Shown here in pieces: positions 42,721 through 55,815 of a stretch of DNA of 64,000 bases. Position numbers and translations under genes: made by a program. The stretch's first letter is position 1, and each line of letters opens with the position of its first letter. Below the pieces are notes generated by a model. It was not told where the DNA came from. It ran no database searches and was given only the letters and a program-made list of their open reading frames with translations. This DNA comes from Eledone cirrhosa (taxonomy: Eukaryota). The stretch lies in NCBI GenBank assembly GCA_964016885.1, contig OZ024741.1, positions 9,610,001 through 9,674,000 of the forward strand, read 5' to 3'.

Positions 42721-42883
42721 ATAATTATATATATAAATATATAATTAAAGCTTTCGCTCCAACATAGCTGTATACATATAAATATATGAATTTTGTATAT
42801 CTAATGATATACGGTATGTTAAAGGGCTTTCAAATGTTTATTCGTAAACATACTGGATAGCATTAGATACACAAAATTCAGTA

Positions 42884-42941
42884 GCATGGTAGTGGGTAAG
42901 TTACTACCTATTTCTAGGTAGTAACTTAACCACTACCATGC
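42884..42941. repeat. 27-bp-stem hairpin
   Basis: gcatggtagtgggtaagttactaccta-tttc-taggtagtaacttaaccactaccatgc, one mismatch. Confidence 0.85.
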
Positions 42942-43161
42942 CAGTCGATACATCGATCTACACCTGATCAATCGATCCTCTGAAACGATCGTAAAACAAT
43001 GAACTATCTCCCCACTCCTGACCTTTTTTATTGTTCTATACACAATAGGTGATACCTAAGGCGGTGGTCACCTCTCACAAGAACTACAGGCCACACTTCC
43101 GAATCTCGCTGTAACCATCCTTCCAAAGACATATTGAGTTCTAACAACGTTATCAGCACCA

Positions 43162-43765
<604 letters not shown>

Positions 43766-44434
43766 TATATATATATATGTTTATGTCTGTGTGTGTGTGT
43801 GTGCATATACAAATATATATATATATATACACGATGAATATATGATTTGACATATACATTATTTATAAACCCAGCCCTAACATACTTCATACGAATCATG
43901 TATCTTTACGAAAGTAATTGGCCTTATGTATCTATAATTGAATCAACATAGAGAAATCGACCGCATGTGTCTAAAATCGATAGATCGATAAATTTGTTTC
44001 ACTCATGGCTTTAAAAATTGTTTCAGGGCATGGATCAACCGTGTGGAATCCTGTTAAAGTGTTGGCACTGTCATTGATTAAACTCCTTTCATTGTCAATT
44101 GAGAAACGTTGTATAGTATAGTAAGAGAGATAATAACAGATCTGCTTGTTAAACCGACGCTAATCTTCACTGATGCGAGAAAGATGGGAAAAATAAAGAA
44201 AATAAGATAAACAACACAGCAATTGGTCATAGATAATTATTCCAAAGGTCAATATTGTATTATGAGTGATGGGCTTCAGTCGGTTTCGACGATGAGTGTT
44301 GCAGTTCTTCGTTCAACAGATCAGCTTGCTCGCGACGTTAATGTGAAGGTAGCTAGCTGTTTCACAGACACGTGCAGCCATAGCGTCGATCTCAGGAGCA
44401 TTCTATGTGAAAATCCGTGTAAAATGGCTGACCC

Positions 44435-44472
44435 TTCTTCTTCTTCTTCTTCTTCTTCTTCTTCTTCTTCTT

Positions 44473-44503
<31 letters not shown>

Positions 44504-44902
44504 TTTCTCAGAAAAATGGGATGGCAGAGTCCTCAAACTCTCCTTCCAGCAGGTCCTGTCAGAAGCAATCATCTCCAACTGATCCAGCTGGATCCCCAAG
44601 TGAGACCAGCCAAGCTCATGGATATTATTCAACCATCTTGCTTGTGGTCTACCCCTGAATCTCTTGCCAGTTGGTTTTGTCCGTAAAATCTGTCGAGCAA
44701 TTCTTTCCTAAGACATTTTAACCACATGCTCATAGTATCGCAGCTGTGATCTTTCAATTCAAAGAAGTAGCGGCTCTACCTGGAGTGAATCTCTAATCAC
44801 CGAGCTTCGCACATTACCGAGTGACGTTACTCCAGAGACACTTCAGAGGAACCACATTTCGGTCGCATGTATTCGCAATCGTATTTTTTCGGTCATTACC
44901 CC
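44435..44902 (-). mobile_element. RTE-clade LINE 3' end with (GAA)n tail
   Basis: Minus strand VMTEKIRLRIHATEMWFL*SVSGVTSLGNVRSSVIRDSLQVEPLLL*IERSQLRYYEHVVKM...GKRFRGRPQARW; several stops; ends in (GAA)n (CTT tract 44435-44501). Confidence 0.85.
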
Positions 44903-45257
44903 AACAAAGTCCCTTCCATGGGCTTCCAAACAGTTTCAGTCTACCCACAGCTATGGTAAATGACACTTGCTCAAGATACCTCGTGGTATGATCAAGCTCG
45001 TGGCTTAATTATATTGAAGCGACTCAACCATGCTGCGTCCTAACAGAAGAAAAGATTTGTCTTGCAGAGAACTTAAAACACTTATATGATAACAACGAAA
45101 CATATACTTTCGCCCACCAACGTCTTTCGAGATTATCTCAAACATGACATCTATAACTTTGAATGTATAAGACCCTCTTCCTGCTATGTCAAGCGTTAAC
45201 CTAATATATCCCTTCCATATACTGTACCGATTGTGTTGTTATTTTTGTTTACCTTTT

Positions 45258-45290
<33 letters not shown>

Positions 45291-45421
45291 CATATATAAT
45301 TATGTAATAACCAACATAAGACAATTAATGTTGTTTATTAAATAATTAAATAGCTCTGTAACATACATACAGCACTCTCCTTTCCTTTACCCTTCCTACG
45401 GAAATGCTTCATATATATATA

Positions 45422-45467
<46 letters not shown>

Positions 45468-45470
<3 letters not shown>

Positions 45471-45915
45471 TAGCAGCAGTACCCAGCGTTGCCTGGGTAG
45501 GTAAAAATAATATCTGCTTTGATGAAAAAGTGTTCATCTTAGCGACTGTTTCTCGATGACTCATCTATGGCCACACACAGGCCATGCGGTGGAGGGTGGT
45601 GATGACCTCTATCACTGAGAAACGCGGGTGACTGACGAAGGGGCATGCTGAGGGAGGGAGTTTCGAACAAAGAATGCAAAATATAAAGCCATTACAGGAT
45701 GTGCAATGATAAATTGTATTTTGCTTTAAAATTTGAACGAAATCGGTGGCAAAATGTGGGAGCTAGAGCCAAAAATCTTATTTTTCGATACCTAAAAAAA
45801 GGTGATTTTTATCTGCAGAATGACCCCGGAATAAAAAAAACGATACGCTGATATATAGAAAACACTCTGCGATGACTAATCTATGAGCCTGTAAAGTTTC
45901 ATGAAAATCGGTCGT
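45468..45915 (+). mobile_element. Non-autonomous Helitron/Helentron-like (HINE-type) element
   Basis: Starts TACTAGC..ACCCAGCGTTGCCTGGGT (subterminal hairpin) in a TA tract; contains AAATTTGAACGAAATCGGT and AAGTTTCATGAAAATCGGT motifs typical of such elements. Confidence 0.55.
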
Positions 45916-45916
45916 A

Positions 45917-46078
45917 TGTCTCATATAAAATAATACAACTGGCTATCCGCAAAATACGTATAGTTAGCACCCCAAACGTATAATTGGGATTATACTAAGG
46001 TATATCCTAATGTTTGTTGAGTGAGACGGAAGCCGGTCGGAGTATTGCTTAAAGCTTTCTCTGTTAATGTATTAAATT
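45917..46078 (+). repeat. Dispersed repeat, second copy at 54215-54376
   Basis: tgtctcatataaaataatacaac...agttagcaccccaaac...tgtttgttgagtgaga shared between the two loci. Confidence 0.8.
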
Positions 46079-46090
46079 ATATACAGATAT

Positions 46091-46257
46091 ATTTTGAAAA
46101 GCAGAAGAACTGCGAAACCGGTAAAGGAACCAAATAAATATATATATTTTTTAAAAAATAAGACTCCAGTTGCATTTTCGATTTCATCTTTTTTTTCTTT
46201 ATACTTTCACTCGTGTAGGACACCTCGGTTATTTTTCATTTTGTAAAAAAACCTCAC

Positions 46258-46263
<6 letters not shown>
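46091..46263 (+). mobile_element. Dispersed pLTR-like repeat (GAAACCGGTAAAGG family; also 50861-51175 and 53605-53705)
   Basis: gcagaagaactgcGAAACcgGTAaaggaaccaaataaa shared by four segments; reads as the 3' half of a minimal hammerhead. Confidence 0.7.
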
Positions 46264-46318
<55 letters not shown>

Positions 46319-46493
46319 TATATATATATATATATATATATATGTGACGGTATTTTAACGATAGTTATAGCTCTGATTTATCTGAATTATTGAGCCCTCT
46401 GCCGCTCATTTCGAATTTTGTTTATCGTGAACTCGTGCGCCGATTTTTCGATACTCGATTATTCTACTATATATATATATATATATATATAAA

Positions 46494-46612
<119 letters not shown>

Positions 46613-46658
46613 CGTAAAATAAGACAATTATAAAATTAACTTACTTACTAAAATATCA

Positions 46659-46738
46659 CTTCCAACTAATTAGCTTCTGGAATGGAATAAATATATTTTC
46701 CGAAGAAAACATACAGAATCATTCCGTCGTCAGGGAAG
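46659..46738 (-). ncRNA. Hammerhead ribozyme copy with core mutation (GAAAC>GAAGC)
   Basis: Same as 47181-47260 except the plus strand reads tagcttct instead of tagtttct. Confidence 0.7.
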
Positions 46739-47180
46739 ACTATTCTCATCTAAGTATCCAGGCAAAGCGTAGACTCTGGAAACTTATAAAAAAATAATTC
46801 AGTGGAAAGAAAATAGCAAAGCGTGTACTGAATTCCTAGCCATTGAGAAAATCGCTGCCTCTGCGTCGGTGGCAAATTCAAAAAGAATCAATCACGTGAC
46901 ATCGAGGTCAATCAGTGGAAAGTGGTTTGCTAATAAGACAGCGGCCTGCCTGCTACCATAGCAGCAGTCATGGCCAATATTGCTCGACAAATAATTTGGA
47001 GATAATTATAAAGAATTAATATCTAGTAACATATATATACATACAGATGCATATCAATGCTAGCAAATATATAGCTTTTGTCTTAGTAACTTTGTGATTC
47101 AATGCATGGGGTTGCAGAACAATAATATGAGAGACGTAAAATAAGACAATTATAAAATTAACTTACTTACTAAAATATCA

Positions 47181-47260
47181 CTTCCAACTAATTAGTTTCT
47201 GGAATGGAATAAATATATTTTCCGAAGAAAACATACAGAATCATTCCGTCGTCAGGGAAG
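47181..47260 (-). ncRNA. Type I hammerhead ribozyme, intact core
   Basis: cttcc-CTGACGA-c-ggaatg...cattcc-a-GAAAC-taatta-GTT-ggaag: 5-bp stem I, extended stem II, palindromic AACTAATTAGTT stem III. Confidence 0.82.
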
Positions 47261-47456
47261 ACTATTCTCATCTAAGTATCCAGGCAAAGCGTGGACTCTG
47301 GAAACTTATTAAAAAATAATTCAGTGGATAGAAAATAGCAAAGCGTGGACTGAATTCCTAGCCATTGAGAAAATCACTGCCTCTGCATCGGTGGCAAATT
47401 CAAAAAGAATCAATCACGTGACATCAAGGTCAATCAGTGGAAAATATATAAATAAT

Positions 47457-47543
<87 letters not shown>

Positions 47544-47563
47544 GTGTATGTATGTGTGTGTGT

Positions 47564-47726
47564 GTAGGTGCAGGAATTTCTGGTTGGATAAGGTGAGTCT
47601 TTTACAAACAAATAGTTCCAGTTTCACTCCTTATGCGTGACAATCTCGGCAAATATCGTTTACTACAGTCTCAAATTGACCAACATATAGTGTGGTATTT
47701 AGTAGACGGGAACTGACGAAATCGTG

Positions 47727-47728
<2 letters not shown>
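47564..47728 (+). mobile_element. Degenerate tRNA-derived SINE (resembles the abundant octopus SINE)
   Basis: ggtgcagga...gttccagtttcactcc...ctcggcaaat...tagtagacgggaactga follows the head/CORE-like/body order I recall for octopus SINEs. Confidence 0.55.
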
Positions 47729-47775
<47 letters not shown>

Positions 47776-47784
47776 TATATACAT

Positions 47785-47837
<53 letters not shown>

Positions 47838-47848
47838 CATATAAATAT

Positions 47849-48168
47849 GTGTGTGAGTGTCCTAAGGTGTACCTTTCAAGCACTGACTTGAAGTCATACC
47901 AACGAACACATGAGGGTTAAGTCCAAGCTGACTATTCCAACTTCGTTGCAGAGAATCTGTTTCAGTGCCATTTTAGTCAGAAAATTATTGAAGCGACATC
48001 TGAATATGACAATAGACAAACCTAAGGTGGAAACAAGAAGGAAATGAGACATCATTGTATTACTTGTAGACGGGTGTTTCACAGGCTTTCAGGACTCAAA
48101 AGCCACTTGAGATCTGATGCCAGGAAGGAACGGATTAATGTGCAAGAAATGGTCAAGCTTTGTATGGA

Positions 48169-48172
<4 letters not shown>
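47849..48172 (+). pseudogene. Degenerate fragment with three C2H2-type zinc fingers (LINE C-terminus or ZNF pseudogene)
   Basis: CECPKVYLSSTDLKSYQRTH; FQCHFSQK/LKRHL (frameshifted); CITCRRVFHRLSGLKSHLRS; stop and frameshifts; ends in TA tract. Confidence 0.55.
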
Positions 48173-48261
<89 letters not shown>

Positions 48262-48263
<2 letters not shown>

Positions 48264-48540
48264 CAAAAGGTAAACAGAAATAACAACACAATGGGTACAG
48301 TATGTGGAAGGGATATATTAGGTTAACCCTTGATATAGCAGGAAGGGGGTCTTAATATTTCGGATGCTAGTCCTTCATCAGAGGAAAGAATGAGAAATAA
48401 GATAGATTGAAGGGACGGGCGGGATGGAATTGGAAAAAATGTCTTTAGATAAAAATAACAGGTCCATTCATGTTGACATTTCTTGCAAAACTGTTGGTGC
48501 TGGTGTTTTGTGTATGATTTATTTTTTAGAAAAGTGGATG
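48262..48540 (-). mobile_element. pLTR-like cassette with minimal hammerhead (core 48351-48385)
   Basis: Minus strand cct-CTGATGA-a-gga-ctagca-tcc-GAAATATTA-aga; palindromic AATATT; homologous to 43620-43760. Confidence 0.65.
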
Positions 48541-48624
48541 ATGGAACGCACACACACACATATATATATATACTTATAGAGATAATTATACATGAATAAT
48601 ACACACACATGTACATATATAAAT

Positions 48625-48946
48625 GACCACCTTTTATTACGAATGACCATACATTTTGCCCCTAGAAAATACCCCCATCGTGGCACATGAGCAGGAAAAG
48701 TGATTTTACGGAAGTCCAGCAGTCGACCACACTTACCAGTCTCCCCTTTACACGCCACTGATGTTGTCCAAAGGAAAGGCAATGACTAATACAGCTTGGC
48801 ACCAGTGACGTCGCAATTAATTTCTACAGCGGAGTAAACTGTAGCAATGTGAAATAAAGTGTCTTGCCAAAGGACACAATGCATCACCCTGTCCGTGGAT
48901 CGGACTCAGAACCTCACAATTGTGAATACAGCTCTCTAACCATTAC
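48625..48946 (-). mobile_element. tRNA-derived CORE-type SINE
   Basis: Minus strand: A-box GTAATGGTTAGAG, B-box-like GAGTCCGATCC, then CORE-like tgtgtcctttggcaagacactt. Confidence 0.7.
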
Positions 48947-48949
48947 ACA

Positions 48950-49016
<67 letters not shown>

Positions 49017-49020
49017 ACAC

Positions 49021-49094
<74 letters not shown>

Positions 49095-49096
<2 letters not shown>

Positions 49097-50835
49097 TATT
49101 ACAATGAAGCTCTTGCTCGAAGTGGATTTGTCGATAAGGTAGCATATACAGAGTACTAAAATAGACCTAGAAGAAATAGATCCCGTCGCATTTGTTGGTT
49201 TAACCCACCATATAATATGGAGGTGGCCACACCATTAGCTAAGATCTTCCTTTCCCTTATTACGAAGCATTTTCCCCCTACACATAAATATAGTAAAATT
49301 TTTAATAGAAATACTATTAAAATTTCTTACTCTACGACTCCTTACCTTGCACATAACATCACAGCTTCAAATTTAACTAAACTACCTAGCCGTAGGAACA
49401 CGTGCAACCCTGTAGTTAGTACTAACTGTAATTGTAGGAATCGGGCTGATTGCCCCTATCCGGGAAATGCCTCTCTAGTAACAATGTCTACAAATGTAAG
49501 GTTGTAACACCCACGTCCCGTAGGGCCTACATAGGGTTAACCGCTAATAGTTTCAAGCAGCGTCTTTACATGCATACCCATTCTTTTCGTTACCCTCTAA
49601 GAAGGAATATGATGTCACTTTCAGCTTATATCTGGAGTCTAAAAGACAACCACACCCAATATAAGTTACACTGGGAGGTCCTAGCCATGTGACCTCTGCG
49701 CCGCTGAGGCCCTGGAAATACTCTACGCCACAGACCACATCTTAAACAAAAAATCTGAGGCAATTTCGGCTTGTAAACATAAATTGCACAAAACTTTCCT
49801 GTATTACAGCCCAACGTTATAACCTAAAGGATAGTACGATCTATACGTGGATATTTTACGTCTTGATGTGGGAGCTAAGTATATGTTTTGTTTATTCCTT
49901 TACTTATTTGCATAGGTAAGTATATATTACCCGTATGTTTTGTGAAGGTATGTATACCTTCTCGTACGTATATTTCATTGTTATGGCGTATAATTTTTAT
50001 ATTTCCTGGTATTTAGGGTTTGGTTATGTGTATACGGGAGTTTTGCGTCTGCGTGAGTATGCAGGTTCGTACGTATGGTGGGTGTGTGTATATGTGTACT
50101 TCTTGTTTTAGTTGACTTACGTCTCCGAACATTCGTGTATTTATATGTAGGTATGTGTGTGCGCTTGTTATATACGTATTTATTTACTTATATACGTTTA
50201 TATAATTATTTATTTATTTGTACACAAGCATACACACACACACACATATTTATATGTGCGTGGTTTTGTATACCTATGGTAAGGTTTTGCGTATGCTTGT
50301 GTATGTACGTATTTGTTTGCGTGTACGTATTTATTTATTTCTATTACTTCTGTATTGTATTTATTTACTTTGTTCTTAACTCTGTAGCGGAGATTCATTT
50401 GGTCTCCTAGTTAGAATTTTAGTCTACGACTTCTGCTATACCATTTACGTGGTTTTGTTTTTGCGTGCTATTGTTCTCCACGTTCCACATATGACTTATT
50501 ATCTTCGTTTTTTCGTTCATTGCCAGGAACGTCTCTATGCACCACCTAAGAGAACATTAGTCTACGACATCTTTTATACCATAAACGTGGTTCTGTCTTT
50601 GCGCGTAATTGTTTTTCACCGCTCCTATTAATGACGTATTATTCGTTTTTTCCCGTTCTTTGCCAGCGATCGTTTCCACGAATCAAAGTATCGTCTTCCT
50701 GTCTTCCTCCGGTTGCAACGTTTTTTGAAATATCCAGTTCTGCGTTTACAGATTGACTTTGTTAGTTTCAGAAGATCCCGTTAAGGGTGAAAGCAGCGAT
50801 TCTTTGCTTAAACTTTAATCTGTTATTTAATAAAT
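49095..50835 (+). mobile_element. 5'-truncated Penelope-like retroelement: RT thumb, Cys-rich linker and GIY-YIG endonuclease remnant (49097-49822) plus about 1 kb 3' region
   Basis: YYNEALARSG..WFNPPY..KHFP..KIFNRNTIKISYS..CNCRNRADCP/LSGKC..NVYKC..AYIGLT..FKQR..H..SF..LSAYIW..CDLC..E..LNKKSE..CKH; one stop, frameshifts; (TA)n on both sides; degenerate hammerhead at 50769-50792. Confidence 0.9.
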
Positions 50836-50860
50836 ATACATATATATATATATATATATA

Positions 50861-51175
50861 TTAGAAAGTGAGGTTTTTTTTACAAAATGAACAAAAAACG
50901 AGGTGTCATACGCGACTGAAAGTATAAGGAATAAAGATGAAAATGCAACTGGAATCTCTTTTTAAAAAAATATATTTATTTGGTTCCTTTACCGGTTTCG
51001 CAGTTCTTGCGATTTTCAAAAGTAGAGTTGAGATGGAGGGTTTGTGGTTTTTCTCGCATCTCAATTCTACCTTTGAAAAGCAGAAGAACTGCGAAACCGG
51101 TAAAGGAACCAAATAAATATATTTAAAATAAAAAAAAAGACAGTTGCATTTTCGATTTCATCTTTTTTCCTTATA
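50861..51175. repeat. Head-to-head inverted duplication of the GAAACCGGTAAAGG family (about 110-bp arms)
   Basis: Arms about 50923-51035 and 51057-51175 are reverse complements with small indels. Confidence 0.85.
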
Positions 51176-51189
51176 TATATATATATATA

Positions 51190-51361
51190 GGAAAATGTTC
51201 AAGACCCCGACGTCAGAGCTGAAGAGAAATAGCCGCCGAAACGGCTTGAGCTCTGCCGTCGGGGTTTTGAACATTTTCCTATTACCCACTCTACTACCCT
51301 AAGTATTGAGTACTCTGGTGCGTTATGGTCCATCTGGTTCCTTACCACACTTCCTTCGTTA
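51190..51361. mobile_element. Third copy of fold-back family (opposite orientation to 42331 and 60101)
   Basis: Shared ccctaagtattgagtactctggtgcgttatggtccatctggttcc; here the hairpin encloses CTGAAGA...GAAAC. Confidence 0.7.
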
Positions 51362-51396
51362 TATATATATATACACATGCATGCATACATATATAC

Positions 51397-51993
51397 ATGG
51401 TGGCTGCCAACTCGTTTTCGAGTACGGCCACTACTTTATATCCATGTAGGAGAACCCCTACCGATGCGCTGAACGAGTGTGACTTTTTAGTCCAGCCAAC
51501 GACTTGAAAACTCTGGTACAAACACTACACTGGTGACAATTATTGACACATAGTGCTGGGCCCATGGTACCATGTGACGACAAGTGAAGAGAGATCTCCA
51601 GATATAAAGCAATGCCTGTGCCGTGAAGCTTTTATAGTGAACAAAGGCACTGCACAAAGCCAGTCCCACTCTCTTAACCAAGACGATATTTACCAAAAAG
51701 AAGAACAAGTCAACATCATTGGATACCATCAGGGTTGCAGGTGTTATATCAGAGTTTTCCTTCTCCTAGAATTCTGCCTTGACAAAGGCTAAGGGGTCAT
51801 CTCTCCCGGTGATTTTGGATGGCCATTGACTCTTAAGAGCTCCTTTTCCCTGTGACAGGGTTTGTTTTTAGTCCTGCAGGATGTCCAAGTCACCCTCCTC
51901 ACCAAGAGACCTTGGTGGGGTTGCCAGTTTAGTCGCCAACGACCTGACCATGAGACAGGTTGTACTGGGATACATGTTACCAGTAGCACCAAC
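51397..51993 (-). mobile_element. Non-coding dispersed retroposon, probably RTE-derived non-autonomous element
   Basis: 51397-51779 is a close inverted copy of 58996-59378; contains ctaggagaaggaaaactctg, a motif I associate with RTE 5' regions; diverged relatives at 52021-52430 and 63761-64000. Confidence 0.6.
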
Positions 51994-52959
51994 ATATATA
52001 CACACGTACATACACACATACATGATTGCTGCAAACTCTGTTAAGAGTATTGCAATCACTTGTCAGATTATAGAGATTGGTGCACTTTTATGCTACGGCC
52101 AGCCACACAAACCTGTAACATATCCTGAACAAGCAATGGCTGTGCTTTGAAGGTTTTTTTTAAGTGGGGAAAGGCCTTGCACTCGACCAATCCCACTTGC
52201 TGAGCATCGAAAACACTACTCGAAAAGGAGAACTGGTTAACATCATCGGATACTTCCGAAGCCGCAGGTTTTCCACTCCTAGAAAGGTATTGTGACAACA
52301 ACTGGCGGTCTTTCACTTCCAAGTGAAAAAAAAGATAGTATTTGGATGGCCGTTGACTATGCTGGATAAGAACCAGTATACCTGTACATCCCTATGGGTG
52401 CTGCTACAAGACATCAAGGTATTATCTCGACACCAACACCACGATTTTCAGATTATGCTTCTTCAAATCTTCGATTATGACAATTTCAGGCTCGTTTTAG
52501 AAATTTTAAACTTAAATTCATTGCCAAAACCCGACATTGAAAATTAGTAGACATGTCAATGTATGTTTAAATAACAGAAACATATTTTTGTTTCAGATTT
52601 AGTCCTTGGTCAAACCAAATTCTGTAAAATGATGGTTAAAGGTGACCCAGTAGGGACCATTTTGTGGGGTTTCACACATAATCATATTTGTCTTTACATT
52701 TTTAATGTGTGGAAGAAACCAGTATGTGTAATTAGAGTGAAACATATAGCTGTTATTTCTTACACTTTCAATGACTACGTAGTGGTCCCCTTTATACAGT
52801 CACATATTTTTAGTGTGTCATACTTAGTCGGTTGTATTAATTGGTTACCTGCGATATTGATTGCCCCCCGTATTGTCATACACACACGCAGACACACACA
52901 CACACACACACAGACACACATACATACGCGCGCACACACGCAGACATACGTGAGGCAAC

Positions 52960-53305
52960 AGTGTATATGTATGTACGTAGTACGTATGTATGCATGTATG
53001 CATGTGTGTTATGTATGTATGTATGTATGTATGTGTGTATGTATGTATATATGTATGCATGTATGTATGTATGTATGCATGCATGTGTGTTATGTATGTA
53101 TGTGTGTTATGTATGTATGTATGTATGTATGTATGTATGTATGTATATATGTATGCATGTATGTATGTATGTATGCATGCATGTGTGTTATGTATGTATG
53201 TATGTATGTATGTATGTATGTATGTATGTATGTATGTATGTATGTATGAATATATGTATGCATGTATGTATGTATGTATGCATGTGTGTTATGTATGTAT
53301 GTATA
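52960..53305. repeat. (TATG)n microsatellite with TGCA/TGTGT interruptions
   Basis: Direct reading. Confidence 0.95.
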
Positions 53306-53474
53306 CATTTACATTAGTTTTCCTCCGAGGAACGGAAAGAAACCACAGTTAAATAAGTTTCCTAATACATTAAGTAGTGAGAGTACTTGATATATTTCTT
53401 ACCATTAGAAATTAGCTATATACCATCATCATCATCATAATAGTTTAACGTCTATCTTCCACGCTCGCTGGGTT

Positions 53475-53606
<132 letters not shown>

Positions 53607-53704
53607 CAGAAGAACTGAGAAACCGGTAAAGGAACCAAATAAATATATATATTTTTTAAAAAAATAAGACTTCAGTTGCATTTTCGATTTCATCTCTTTT
53701 TCTT

Positions 53705-53735
<31 letters not shown>

Positions 53736-53956
53736 ATGTGTGGGTGTGTGTGTACATCTATCTCTCTCGTTAAATATATAGATGTGCATATACATATGAA
53801 TATATATATTTACATATATATAGAGATAAAAATATATATACATTTTTATATATATATATATATGTGTATATGTATAAATATCTGTTTTTATACATATGTC
53901 TGTTTATGCATATATATATATATATATATATATAGACATTATTAAATAAATATCTC

Positions 53957-53990
<34 letters not shown>

Positions 53991-54097
53991 GTGGTTACAT
54001 ATATATATAGAAGTGGCTTCGCAACAGTTTTTATATATATATATATATATGTGTATATGTATAAATATATGTTTTTATACATATGTCTGTTTGTTCA

Positions 54098-54196
<99 letters not shown>

Positions 54197-54373
54197 GAGA
54201 TATTTATTTAATAATGTCTCATATAAAATAATACAACCAATTATCCACGAATTACTGATTAGTTAGCACCCCAAACACTAAATTGGGATAATACTTAAGT
54301 ATATCCTACTGTTTGTTGAGTGAGATGGAGTTGGTCGAAGTATCACTTAAGGCTTTCCCTGTTTATGTATTGA

Positions 54374-54429
<56 letters not shown>

Positions 54430-54456
54430 ACACACATGTATATTATATATATATAG

Positions 54457-54520
<64 letters not shown>

Positions 54521-54577
54521 GTTGATTTAAAACTGCACTATCCACAAGTGTTTTTTAGCCTTCATATCATGTTCTCC

Positions 54578-54648
54578 TGTTTTATCTGATGAAAACACAA
54601 ATATTATTGCATGATGATGTTTGTTTTTGAAATGCGCATAATAAAATA
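54578..54648 (+). ncRNA. Minimal type I hammerhead ribozyme motif
   Basis: tgttttat-CTGATGA-[long stem acaaatattatt/gatgatgtttgt]-GAAAT-gcgc-ATA-ataaaata; palindromic ATGCGCAT stem III. Confidence 0.75.
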
Positions 54649-54745
54649 CATGGAACTCCTTTAACCATCTTTTGATCTTATATAGATATATATATATATA
54701 TATATATCGATATATATATATATATAGATATATATATATCCGATT

Positions 54746-54785
54746 CCGAGCTGAGGATCCGCTAAGGTGAAACAATTGTTCTCGG
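54746..54785 (+). ncRNA. Minimal type I hammerhead ribozyme motif
   Basis: ccgag-CTGAGGA-t-cc-gctaa-gg-t-GAAAC-aatt-GTT-ctcgg; perfect 5-bp stem I, palindromic AACAATTGTT. Confidence 0.8.
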
Positions 54786-54886
54786 TATGGTGAACTAACT
54801 GTCTAACTGTTGTGTAACCACTTCTACCGAACATCCCATGGACTGAGTGCTCTACCACTACGGATATTACCTTCCAGTGTTCCACC

Positions 54887-54962
<76 letters not shown>

Positions 54963-54987
54963 CGTATCTATATATATATAATATACA

Positions 54988-55050
<63 letters not shown>

Positions 55051-55069
55051 ATGCTTATATCTATATCTA

Positions 55070-55183
<114 letters not shown>

Positions 55184-55664
55184 CATATATAATTTACTAT
55201 AGAAATTGCTTCTACAAGACTAGAAATCTACTGTGTATTGAGTACCTTATTTACTGTGGTTACACACACACACGCACACACACATATATATATATATATA
55301 TATGAGTGTGTGTGTCTATATTAGAATCAGCTGTTTGTTTACGTTTATTTACCTTGCGCTGCTATGTAGCAAACTAAATAACAGGATCAACATATCAGAC
55401 TAACCCCAACGAATCCGTTAATCCAGCATGGCCGCAGCTACATCGATAGACATCAGTTATATAAAATAATAGAAGAAATGAAGAATTGATGAAAAGAACC
55501 AGGAAATGATTTGAAATCAGTTCAGGAAGCTTTAACAAATATTTAACAAGATAAATATTAAATTTAAAAATACGAGTGAAGAATGAAAGTTTAGCTAAAT
55601 TTAATGTTTGAGTAAATTTAGTAATTTAAAAGTTAACTTAAAAATGTTATAAAATATTTATAAG

Positions 55665-55780
55665 TGTTTCTATTTTAGGCCCAAGGCCAGCAATTTGAAA
55701 GGGAGTGGGAAAACGATCAAATCGACCCCAGTGCTTTATTTATCGACCCTGTAAGGATGAAAGGTAAAGTTAACCTTACC
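55665..55780 (-). mobile_element. SINE 3' fragment
   Basis: Reverse complement aactttacctttcatccttacagggtcgataaa matches the SINE body at 57333-57365. Confidence 0.65.
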
Positions 55781-55815
55781 CTTCATCATTAAATATTTAA
55801 TATTGAAAGTAATTA

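Noticed and set aside
44270-44330. Possible minus-strand hammerhead (CTGTTGA-acga...tcgt-c-GAAAC)
   Set aside because: Core mismatch, no UH site and no stem I pairing; at most an old relic.
44223-44658. Poly-Ser or poly-Leu ORFs
   Set aside because: Derived from the (GAA)n tail of the minus-strand RTE fragment.
49680-49710. In-frame TGA as selenocysteine in the Penelope-like ORF
   Set aside because: The TGA arises from a deletion/frameshift; the correct frame reads CDLC with normal Cys codons.
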